63,938 nucleotides of DNA, filler included, from Lama guanicoe (GCA_013239625.1; 197 parts of 197 records of this genome joined end to end with filler, not necessarily neighbours in it); one strand, 5' to 3'; counted from the whole stretch's first letter, positions 49,722 through 61,004 are shown. Translations and numbers: made by a program. Notes: a model not told the origin generated them from the letters alone.

Positions 49722-49946
49722 ACGCACAGGGTCCTGGGTTCAATCCCCAGCACCTCCATTAAAATAAATAAATAAAATAAGAAAAAAAAACAGTCAGAGC
49801 CTTGAGAACGGGCTCTTCTGTGTATTTCAGGCTCTAGGCAACACTCTTTTACAAAAGGTGCAGAACCAGCCTGACTCGGCCCAGGAGACGGAGCCCGGGG
49901 TCAGAGCTAAAGGAATAGATCCAACTTGGAGTCAGATTTCTTCTTC
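49722..49946. mobile_element. Vic-1 SINE 3' half (49722-49790) abutting a MER41-like ERV1 LTR
   Basis: gtcctgggttcaatccccagcacctccattaaaataaataaa plus an A tail, then gtcagagccttgagaacgggct...tttcaggctctaggcaac...gctaaaggaatagatccaa. Confidence 0.7.
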
Positions 49947-52900
49947 NNNNNNNNNNNNNNNNNNNNNNNNNNNNNNNNNNNNNNNNNNNNTTAATTAATT
50001 AANNNNNNNNNNNNNNNNNNNNNNNNNNNNNNNNNNNNNNNNNNNNCTTTTTTAGGCTAAATGAGGTGTATCATATGTAAATACGTATATATACAGTCAC
50101 AATTTTTTTTATTAATCCATCTGTCTCTCTGGACACCTAAGTTGTTTCCTTTCCATATCTTTGAGAGACTACGTACATTTATTTTGCTGGATAACATGAT
50201 GGTAAAATTTTGGGGTTTTTTAAGGAAACTTCATACTGTCTTCCATAATGGCTGTACCAAGTTACATTTCTNNNNNNNNNNNNNNNNNNNNNNNNNNNNN
50301 NNNNNNNNNNNNNNNTTAATTAATTAANNNNNNNNNNNNNNNNNNNNNNNNNNNNNNNNNNNNNNNNNNNNACTTTAACAGGTTCCCCACGTGGAGACAC
50401 ATGAACTAAACCCGATGGACCACATGTTGGGAAAGGGCCGACAAGTCCAAGGGTGCAGCTTTGATCACATGCATGACGGTCACAGGTCCCTCTCCTGATC
50501 ACCATCATAGGAGCCCAGTCCCTGCAGACTAGCCAGGGGCCCCAGGCAGCTTGCTGAAACCTTGGCAGGTGTCATTTTCCTTATGAACAAAAATGCNNNN
50601 NNNNNNNNNNNNNNNNNNNNNNNNNNNNNNNNNNNNNNNNTTAATTAATTAANNNNNNNNNNNNNNNNNNNNNNNNNNNNNNNNNNNNNNNNNNNNAATA
50701 TAATTATCATATGATTTTAGTTATTTAGCTATATACATATTTTTTTCCATGCCAAAGTCACATTAAAGTTCAGTCATGCCTGTTTCAAGATCAGCTTCAC
50801 TGTATCTGTAACTCCTGAATAGCTTTAATGGAAGGAGGAGTAGGCATACTATGGAAGTATTTGCTTAAATAAACTAAATGTAATGACCCTGATTGGTTGT
50901 TTCCATTTAAGGACCCAGGGANNNNNNNNNNNNNNNNNNNNNNNNNNNNNNNNNNNNNNNNNNNNTTAATTAATTAANNNNNNNNNNNNNNNNNNNNNNN
51001 NNNNNNNNNNNNNNNNNNNNNCTATCACATGTATTCTGTATTATTTGGTTCTGTGTAGTGAATACTAAGGATATTGAAGACCAGTGGTTATGTGGGGGGA
51101 ACATTACACTCAGTGAGGGTGCCGCTTCATCTTGTGAACACCACTCGAAAACGTTCGTGGCTAAATAGGCCCCTTTCAGCACGGAGTTCCCTGGTTTTCT
51201 GCCCTTCTCTATCTCTTGATGAAGAAGCAGACTGCTGTTCTCTGGANNNNNNNNNNNNNNNNNNNNNNNNNNNNNNNNNNNNNNNNNNNNTTAATTAATT
51301 AANNNNNNNNNNNNNNNNNNNNNNNNNNNNNNNNNNNNNNNNNNNNGGGAGCAAGGAGGGCACATGTGCAACCTGGTGGGAAAGGCAAAGGAATAATTGA
51401 TGTCTTGGAGTCATCAGGCAATTGGAATAGAAAGTCAGTGATTCTCTGAAACTACTGAAGGATGTGTTAGTTGGGAGTGCTAATAATTTGAAAATAAAAT
51501 GGAGTTTATGAGCTACAGTAATTGCAGAAAATGAAAAAAATGACATAAGAATACTTGAAGAGTCTCTCATANNNNNNNNNNNNNNNNNNNNNNNNNNNNN
51601 NNNNNNNNNNNNNNNTTAATTAATTAANNNNNNNNNNNNNNNNNNNNNNNNNNNNNNNNNNNNNNNNNNNNTTTTTTTTCTGTTTTTTTAGCTCCAAGCA
51701 GATATTTTTATGTGAAAGGGTACATTTTTAAAGAACTGTGAGGGAGTTATGTGCAAAAATTCTGTTCATGTATAACAGCATTTGTTCTAATACCTCCCAC
51801 ACATCACTTTTAAAATGTACCCCTTTTTGCTTTATACATTGTTGTCTTGGGAGGCACTGTGACTTGGTAGGGAGTGGGTATTAGCAGGGGGAAAAANNNN
51901 NNNNNNNNNNNNNNNNNNNNNNNNNNNNNNNNNNNNNNNNTTAATTAATTAANNNNNNNNNNNNNNNNNNNNNNNNNNNNNNNNNNNNNNNNNNNNGCCT
52001 TGCCCCATGTCCCTCGTTTCAGTGAGGTGAAGGGAGGGGAGCGGGCACCTTGCGTGATGCTCCCACCTCACCCAGCAGAGGGAGCCATGCGGCGCCAGAA
52101 CGTCCGCCGTGTGAGCTGGGGAGCGACGCCTGCAGCAGGCTCAGGTGGAGAAGAGAGAGCCTTCCTTCCAGCGGAGGCTCAGATGACCTCAACAAAACCC
52201 ACAGCACTCCAGCGGCTGCCANNNNNNNNNNNNNNNNNNNNNNNNNNNNNNNNNNNNNNNNNNNNTTAATTAATTAANNNNNNNNNNNNNNNNNNNNNNN
52301 NNNNNNNNNNNNNNNNNNNNNAGACAGTTCCCATCACACAGTGGCAGCAATTAACCTAGGACTGTTTTTTCTAACCTGATGAGAAAAGATAGCCAAGAAC
52401 AGGGAGAGCAGTGCAGATCTGCTCTCAGTACACAGTAGTCTAGAAAGACTTGACTGTCCTAGTTTCACATAGACCACCACCTAAGCCCATCATATTAATG
52501 AAATTATGCCAATTGTTCTTGAAGACAGAAATCAGAAAAAAAAAAANNNNNNNNNNNNNNNNNNNNNNNNNNNNNNNNNNNNNNNNNNNNTTAATTAATT
52601 AANNNNNNNNNNNNNNNNNNNNNNNNNNNNNNNNNNNNNNNNNNNNATCAATGTTAATTTGGAAATGAAAATAATGGTACATATTGCATACAACCACGTT
52701 ATGGTATAATCTCTACATACACTTTTCTTTGGTGATTTGAATGGGATTTGAATGTGATTTTTATCTAGATGATGCCTATTGAAATGTAACAGTAACTTTT
52801 TATATTTTATACCATTAATAAGACAGATAATTCCTTTAGACTAGATTTCCTAAAAATGTGCTTTTTTTTAANNNNNNNNNNNNNNNNNNNNNNNNNNNNN

Positions 52901-54649
52901 NNNNNNNNNNNNNNNTTAATTAATTAANNNNNNNNNNNNNNNNNNNNNNNNNNNNNNNNNNNNNNNNNNNNGGCTGGACGCCACCCCAGAGTTCAGCGGC
53001 CGTGCAGGTCGCCGTGAGGATCAGTGGGTGAGCGTTTCCGACTAGCCGTGGGCTTTAGCTGCAGGAATGGTGACATTCTCAGTCAGGACTGCTTAAAAAG
53101 TTGGGTTTTTTTTCTTTCTTTCCTGGAAGTATAGCTTTTTTCTGCTTTCTGATTATATAAACAAGCATGTTCCTTGTAAAAGAAATTGTGACAACCNNNN
53201 NNNNNNNNNNNNNNNNNNNNNNNNNNNNNNNNNNNNNNNNTTAATTAATTAANNNNNNNNNNNNNNNNNNNNNNNNNNNNNNNNNNNNNNNNNNNNCCAC
53301 AGTGACCAGAAGCTCATCGGGTGATGACAGGGGCAGCTGGAAAGAGCCAGGCCAGTATCTACATCACTGGCATCATGTCCACTTGACATGAATCCCTTCC
53401 TCTCCAGGTATCACCCTTTGGGGATTATTCTCATGGGTCAAAACATGTTTTGCCTTTTTGCCTTTTTGCCTATTTAAAGAGGACTATCCACATGTCTCCT
53501 CCTGAAATAATTTGTCACAAGNNNNNNNNNNNNNNNNNNNNNNNNNNNNNNNNNNNNNNNNNNNNTTAATTAATTAANNNNNNNNNNNNNNNNNNNNNNN
53601 NNNNNNNNNNNNNNNNNNNNNGAACCTGGTGAGAAAACTGATACACAAACATCACTATGTCACAAGAGGATAAGTGCCAGGACACTGAAGACAAAACGAG
53701 GAGAGAGCTCATCGGTGTTCCTGCGAGAGGTAGGGGGCGTCCCCCAGACAGCGGCCTGTGAGCTGGTTGGTAGAGGGTGGGTGGGCGACGCTGGACTGCG
53801 GAGAGGAGGAATGAATCTCCAGACAAAAGGAGTCAACACTGTGGCTNNNNNNNNNNNNNNNNNNNNNNNNNNNNNNNNNNNNNNNNNNNNTTAATTAATT
53901 AANNNNNNNNNNNNNNNNNNNNNNNNNNNNNNNNNNNNNNNNNNNNAGGAACATGAGGCCAAGAGATGAATTGTTTCCAAGACCTTGGAGGCTTCGGGGG
54001 AGGGAAGCATAGAGCACTACCAGGGTATGGTAGTGTATGGAAATACAAAGTTCAGACTGCCCTGCTGCGTCATATGCCAGAGAATGTAGCTGGATATCAA
54101 AGATTAGAGTAAAGGGTCAGATGGGGAAGATAAGTTAGATTTTTACTCATTGATTTTCTTGCTACCTCTCCNNNNNNNNNNNNNNNNNNNNNNNNNNNNN
54201 NNNNNNNNNNNNNNNTTAATTAATTAANNNNNNNNNNNNNNNNNNNNNNNNNNNNNNNNNNNNNNNNNNNNTGATGAAACCTGGCCTATTTCTCTATTGA
54301 TTTGGATCTTCCACATCTTTCAATAATATTTTATAATTGATTCCATAAAGTTCTTGCACATTTTTGTTCATTTTAATTTGAAGTACCTTGTATTTTGTTG
54401 CTATAGTCTTTTTTAAACTACATTTTCTACTTGTTACACTAAAATGTTATTAATTTTTTAAACCAACTACATTAAAGTATAATTTATGTAAAAAAANNNN
54501 NNNNNNNNNNNNNNNNNNNNNNNNNNNNNNNNNNNNNNNNTTAATTAATTAANNNNNNNNNNNNNNNNNNNNNNNNNNNNNNNNNNNNNNNNNNNNCACA
54601 GCTTCCCAGCCAGACCCCAGTGGTGGTGGAAAGCCTATTCGTAGAAGTG

Positions 54650-54821
54650 ATGAGCTTATTATTTTGCTCTTGCCGTGTGAACTGCGAGGCACCCGTGGGC
54701 TGTACCATCAACCCTCAGAGAGACTGGAGGAACTCGCAGCCTGGATACCACATCCGCAGGAGAGACTTAAAAAGAATCCACAAAGCTGCCTGTGTTGGAG
54801 ATGTCAGGAAGGTCCAGCGTG
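54650..54821 (+). CDS. ANKRD26/ANKRD62-like first coding exon (partial)
   Basis: MSLLFCSCRVNCEAPVGCTINPQRDWRNSQPGYHIRRRDLKRIHKAACVGDVRKVQR compares with ANKRD26 ...SQPGYHVRDRDLGKIHKAASAGNVAKVQQ. The divergent N-terminus suggests a paralogue. Confidence 0.85.
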
Positions 54822-55247
54822 NNNNNNNNNNNNNNNNNNNNNNNNNNNNNNNNNNNNNNNNNNNNTTAATTAATTAANNNNNNNNNNNNNNNNNNNNNNN
54901 NNNNNNNNNNNNNNNNNNNNNGGCTTGGCAAGTTTTAAATGTGTATGAGCCATTTGTCCTGATTTCTGTGTGAGATGTCTTTTTATAACTTCTCCCTTTT
55001 TTATTGGTCTTTATTGCTTTCTTTAAGCTTTCTATATATCAGGAAGTTTAGAACTTATCAGTCTCATGCTTCTCAGATATAAGAACAATTTTCTTCTTTT
55101 TGGTTTGTTCTCATTATTTGGTAAAGATATTTGGCAATGATATTTGNNNNNNNNNNNNNNNNNNNNNNNNNNNNNNNNNNNNNNNNNNNNTTAATTAATT
55201 AANNNNNNNNNNNNNNNNNNNNNNNNNNNNNNNNNNNNNNNNNNNNT

Positions 55248-55469
55248 CTTTTCATTAAATCCACATGGTTGTTCTCTTTGTTCCCAACAAATATCCGCAG
55301 GACTCGTTAATTGTCCAGCTTCTGGTGTAACCCACATATGTTGGTCCCATATTTGATAGAATTGTCCCGTAAGACGTTCAGAAATATCTGCGTTCGGTTG
55401 TCTTGCTTGCGGTGGGACTTTACGATATAAATCTATAGCCTCTTTTTCTGTAGCATTAAGATCGAAAAG
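55248..55469 (-). CDS. Endogenous retroviral env SU fragment, EnvR(b)/ERV-PABL-like, uninterrupted 74-codon frame
   Basis: LFDLNATEKEAIDLYRKVPPQARQPNADISERLTGQFYQIWDQHMWVTPEAGQLTSPADICWEQREQPCGFNEK compares with remembered human ERVPABLB-1 FSVNETRDKVIAF...GFLQIWDGFIWLTATKGHLSQIAPLCWEQR. Absent from the ORF track. Confidence 0.8.
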
Positions 55470-57196
55470 AANNNNNNNNNNNNNNNNNNNNNNNNNNNNN
55501 NNNNNNNNNNNNNNNTTAATTAATTAANNNNNNNNNNNNNNNNNNNNNNNNNNNNNNNNNNNNNNNNNNNNTTCCCGCCGGGCTAATTCTTCTGCAGCAA
55601 TATCCTGTATCACAGGGACAGACAGAGCATCCTGGGTTCGGCAAGAATTTTACAAGTGTTGCCAGGCAAGAGGCTCCTGGACAACGCTATTCCTCTTACC
55701 AGTTTATCTTAAATTTTGTCTCTTGTTCCTGCAATTTACCTTGTGTTCAACAATGGCTATTAAAGAGCAATCAAGTCCCTTTTCCTTCTCACAATGNNNN
55801 NNNNNNNNNNNNNNNNNNNNNNNNNNNNNNNNNNNNNNNNTTAATTAATTAANNNNNNNNNNNNNNNNNNNNNNNNNNNNNNNNNNNNNNNNNNNNCCCT
55901 CCTACACTGTCAGTGGGAGTGCAGATTGCTGCAGCCACTATGGAGGACACTATGGAGGTCCCTTAAAAGACTGACAATAGATGTACCATGTGATCCAGAA
56001 ATCCCACTCCTGGGCACATGTCCAGAGAAAAATAAAATTCAAAATGACACAGGCGCCCCACCCCAGTGTTCACAGCAGCACTATTTACGACAGCCAAGAT
56101 ACGGAAACAACCCAAGTGTCCNNNNNNNNNNNNNNNNNNNNNNNNNNNNNNNNNNNNNNNNNNNNTTAATTAATTAANNNNNNNNNNNNNNNNNNNNNNN
56201 NNNNNNNNNNNNNNNNNNNNNGTTTTTTATGCGGCAATAGATAACTAATACACTTAGTGTAAGATATGGTGTTCTGATACGTTAGAATGCAATCTCTTGC
56301 ATGAATTTCTGGCATATCAATAATGGGCCAGAATGAAAATTCTTAATCTAATTGAGATACACCAGCAGCTGCTTGTTAACAGGACGAGGAAATATAATAA
56401 CAATATGCTCTGTCTGATTGACCAAAATGGATTTGAAGTTTTGAGTNNNNNNNNNNNNNNNNNNNNNNNNNNNNNNNNNNNNNNNNNNNNTTAATTAATT
56501 AANNNNNNNNNNNNNNNNNNNNNNNNNNNNNNNNNNNNNNNNNNNNTTTTTTAAGTACAGAATACAAAAAGTTATACTTAGCCCCATACCCATACAATCA
56601 TGTCAAATCAATCAAGAATATGTTTTTAAAAAGTAAAAGAAGCTACCAATACAGAAAATCTTACAATCAAAATCTTCTTTTAAATTTTTTTAATTTGTCT
56701 CAATTTAATTTTTATTTCTCTTGGTTTTGTTCTTCTGTTATTGATTATATTTTGTTTTCAGATCTTTTTTTNNNNNNNNNNNNNNNNNNNNNNNNNNNNN
56801 NNNNNNNNNNNNNNNTTAATTAATTAANNNNNNNNNNNNNNNNNNNNNNNNNNNNNNNNNNNNNNNNNNNNTTCACTTTTATTTCACCATGAAGTTGAAA
56901 TCATAAACCCAGCATTGCCTCACTAGGGTATCCTGGCTTCTAAAACAAAACTTATCCAATCTCAGAAACTGGGCAAAATAACAATAATACTAAATACACA
57001 GAAACCTCAACTAAATAAAATTTGGTGACAGTATGGTGAGATCTCATGTCCTACCAGGATAGCAGAGTCCAGCAACGTGGAGAAGCTATACCCCCTNNNN
57101 NNNNNNNNNNNNNNNNNNNNNNNNNNNNNNNNNNNNNNNNTTAATTAATTAANNNNNNNNNNNNNNNNNNNNNNNNNNNNNNNNNNNNNNNNNNNN

Positions 57197-57420
57197 AGAG
57201 ACGTTCGTTTATCTAGCACAAAGGGAACGGGTTGCAGGAGAAACATTCCCTCTGGTTTTTCAGTGTGTTTAATAGTGCCGGTTTGAAGTTCCTGCAGTAT
57301 TCACTGTAAAACCGCCTTGGAGCTTGTACCTCACCACATATATATATGGAGTGGAGTTTAAAACGGAAGAAAAACTTTGTGTTTCCAACAAGCTAGGTGA
57401 AGGACGGCTTTCACACACGC
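57197..57420 (-). repeat. Satellite-like repeat family A, copy 2
   Basis: Its reverse complement is colinear with 9426-9648. Confidence 0.75.
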
Positions 57421-59800
57421 NNNNNNNNNNNNNNNNNNNNNNNNNNNNNNNNNNNNNNNNNNNNTTAATTAATTAANNNNNNNNNNNNNNNNNNNNNNNN
57501 NNNNNNNNNNNNNNNNNNNNTTCAAAATCAGAAATCATAAAGCAAAAGAAAAACGTTCTTTTAGTAATAGGAATAGCCAAGAATGTATTACTTGGCTCAC
57601 TCATCACCTTCCTTTTACTGAGCCCTTGTTAATGCTCTAACAAAGACACAGTGTGTGGCATAACAGATTCAGTTGCTGTTAGTACTTGTCCATTGTGATT
57701 TAACATAACCTCTTTGGTTCTGTAGGGGCTAGACTGGTGAGTTAGNNNNNNNNNNNNNNNNNNNNNNNNNNNNNNNNNNNNNNNNNNNNTTAATTAATTA
57801 ANNNNNNNNNNNNNNNNNNNNNNNNNNNNNNNNNNNNNNNNNNNNAAATAACATCTCCAAGATGGCTCAGCTGATCAGTGGTGGAGTCAGGATAAGAACG
57901 AAAGCATTTGCCCCCTGGGCTCTTGAACTGCTCTGATGCGCCGTCTCCTGGAAGTAAGCAGAAGGTAACGCACATCTACGGAGTCTTGCCATCGACGGCT
58001 TGTCCTGGATTTTGGGTTCATAGTCCTCTCCATCAATAGTCAAGAGCAAGTAGGGAGAAATGCCTCCCTTNNNNNNNNNNNNNNNNNNNNNNNNNNNNNN
58101 NNNNNNNNNNNNNNTTAATTAATTAANNNNNNNNNNNNNNNNNNNNNNNNNNNNNNNNNNNNNNNNNNNNCTTCTGGTATCTTTATTTATCAGTGAAAGT
58201 TAAACTTACCGCAGGCCAAGTGACTGCAGTGAATGTGTGAATACTTCAGCTAAGTAAGTGATTAGCATTTATACAAGGAGTTTCTTGAAAATACTTTTAT
58301 TCTTACAGTAGTAGTAGATTTTTTCCCTTTTTAGGAGCTTCATCTCGGTTTAGCCTGATTAGTTACCTGTTGAATGGATCATGTTATTCTAATATANNNN
58401 NNNNNNNNNNNNNNNNNNNNNNNNNNNNNNNNNNNNNNNNTTAATTAATTAANNNNNNNNNNNNNNNNNNNNNNNNNNNNNNNNNNNNNNNNNNNNCAGG
58501 GCAGCTGCATTCCGGCGTGAAAACCTGAGTGTGAGCTCACATTCTAAACTCCGCGATGGTCCAGTCCTGTCTCTGATACTAAGAAGCACCTCCTTGGCCG
58601 AGGCTCAGTTACTTTATCTATAAAATGGGAGAGCTGGACTTGTTTCTTTCTAAGATCTCTTCCTGGTACGGATATCCATACCTTCCCATTTTGGTTAGAT
58701 TTTTGAGCTCCCATTGCATTTCNNNNNNNNNNNNNNNNNNNNNNNNNNNNNNNNNNNNNNNNNNNNTTAATTAATTAANNNNNNNNNNNNNNNNNNNNNN
58801 NNNNNNNNNNNNNNNNNNNNNNGGTGGACAAGCTGTAGAGAGCTGCTGTACCTTGGACGCCTGCGAGTTGGGGGGATTACCCACTACTGATCCTGCAGAA
58901 TGGACTGCAGAAAAGTCTCTGAATTATGCATGGTTCCTTCCTTCTACAAGAAGGAAAAGGTTGATTTACTTTTGTGAAGAGAAGGCCCTAATCTAGAGGA
59001 TCCAGAAGGCAGGGGCAGGTGTGAATGGGAGTATCTGAAGCCCAGTGCNNNNNNNNNNNNNNNNNNNNNNNNNNNNNNNNNNNNNNNNNNNNTTAATTAA
59101 TTAANNNNNNNNNNNNNNNNNNNNNNNNNNNNNNNNNNNNNNNNNNNNGATGAGAGAGGTTGACATTTATTACGAGGATGATTGTTTCTTTTGTAGAGAT
59201 CTAAATACACCATCCTTGCTCTACTCTGTTACTGATTTTGAAACCTGCAGAGCTTCAGTTATGTTTGGCTTTTAATCCAAACTTAAAATACATAAAAGCC
59301 ACATTTAAAGAGATAGGGCCACTATAGAAGATGAATTTCACATGAAGGAGTAGCCTTTTGTTAGTTCTACTGATNNNNNNNNNNNNNNNNNNNNNNNNNN
59401 NNNNNNNNNNNNNNNNNNTTAATTAATTAANNNNNNNNNNNNNNNNNNNNNNNNNNNNNNNNNNNNNNNNNNNNCTTTATCCCCCGGCACGTCTTTAATC
59501 CCAGAGGTCTAGCAAATTACCTGCCACCTTGGTGGGATGGCACACAGCAGAAGTGGGTTTATGGGAAATGTCTAAACACTCCTCTTTGGCTCGGCTAATC
59601 TTGAGCTGAGTGTGAGACATGCAGACCCGGGGCTCAGCCCTGTATAGAGAATCCCCCTAAGTTTAATCTTGTTAGATTTTCCTTCCATTGGAAAAGAGGA
59701 NNNNNNNNNNNNNNNNNNNNNNNNNNNNNNNNNNNNNNNNNNNNTTAATTAATTAANNNNNNNNNNNNNNNNNNNNNNNNNNNNNNNNNNNNNNNNNNNN

Positions 59801-60025
59801 AGTCACGTTTATCTGCATAAGATCCAAGGAGATTCTGTGTTGTTTCATGGGATCGAGGAATCAGAAATAGATCCAGGAGCCAAGATGGAGAAGGTCTCAT
59901 GGACCTTTGGCCATGAGTTAAACCAGACATTCATGCTGAGCATCTGTGCTGGGTCAACCGCTCCAACCTGGGTCAAACTCCAGGACAAGTACCAGAAGAG
60001 GGTCCGTGTGCCCAACATGACATCC
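59801..60025 (+). CDS. SLAM/CD2-family IgV domain exon (SLAMF9/Ly9-like), partial
   Basis: Open across the fragment: SHVYLHKIQGDSVLFHGIEESEIDPGAKMEKVSWTFGHELNQTFMLSICAGSTAPTWVKLQDKYQKRVRVPNMTS. It shows the CD2/SLAM V-set pattern: G.SV.F without the B-strand Cys, a C-strand W, and Y..RV...N..S(L). Confidence 0.75.
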
Positions 60026-60126
60026 CNNNNNNNNNNNNNNNNNNNNNNNNNNNNNNNNNNNNNNNNNNNNTTAATTAATTAANNNNNNNNNNNNNNNNNN
60101 NNNNNNNNNNNNNNNNNNNNNNNNNN

Positions 60127-60352
60127 CGGAGCGCCACCCAGCGGCCCGCCGAGAGGCTTGCAGGCGGGTCCTCGGCGGCGCCGCTCCCCGCCCGGCCCGC
60201 TCCCCTCTCCGGATGCACAAGGCCCAGCCCAAGCTCTACGACCACAAAATGGCTGCCGGCAGCCTCGTCACGTGACCCCTTTGTGCTTTTCGGGCGCCCG
60301 AACTCGGCGGGGCCCGGGTCCAAGTGGCCAGGGTCGGCGGGTGGCCCCAGTG
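60127..60352. promoter_or_regulatory. CpG-island promoter fragment with YY1-like motif and GTCACGTGAC E-box
   Basis: caaaatggctgcc at 60245-60257 and the perfect palindrome gtcacgtgac at 60267-60276, in a CpG-rich context. Confidence 0.7.
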
Positions 60353-60778
60353 NNNNNNNNNNNNNNNNNNNNNNNNNNNNNNNNNNNNNNNNNNNNTTAA
60401 TTAATTAANNNNNNNNNNNNNNNNNNNNNNNNNNNNNNNNNNNNNNNNNNNNATATGGTTATTCAATGTGTTAAATTATTGAATGAATGGAAAGAATGCT
60501 ATTTGTAAAGGAAAATGATTAGTGTAAAGACACGATTTCAATAAAATGTTATATTTTCTAGTGACCAATCTAAATAAGCAATACATAGAGACTAATTTTA
60601 ACTGGCTAAGAAATTAAGCTCACATTCAAAGTTGCTTTTGTTATCACTAGACTCCTGCTGATGAAGACCCAAAGGTGANNNNNNNNNNNNNNNNNNNNNN
60701 NNNNNNNNNNNNNNNNNNNNNNTTAATTAATTAANNNNNNNNNNNNNNNNNNNNNNNNNNNNNNNNNNNNNNNNNNNN

Positions 60779-61004
60779 AGCTGGTGGATTTGCCCCAGGC
60801 TCCTTTCTCCCCCATACCAGGCTTGCGGGCAGCCTTTGCTGCACCCAGTGGCGGGACACACATTTCCTAGTTTGCTTACTGGAGGCTGGTAAGATGTGGT
60901 CAGCTGGTAGCGGTCAGGTGGCCCCCACCCACCTCCCAGGAGCAGGCAGACTGGGACACATGGTCCCGCGACCTGAGGCAGCAGAGGCCACCCCCAAGCC
61001 AGGC
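60779..61004 (+). repeat. Unassigned GC-rich repeat family C, copy 2
   Basis: Colinear homology with 8126-8350. Confidence 0.8.

Noticed and set aside
55247..55471. Bacterial or parasite contaminant (AT-rich yet CpG-rich open frame)
   Set aside because: The peptide resembles retroviral Env SU, which explains the composition better. A BLASTX search would settle it.
27948..60026. A novel immune gene cluster (TRBV, GBP, SLAM, MAGE, OR together)
   Set aside because: The fragments are unlinked contigs placed together only by length sorting.
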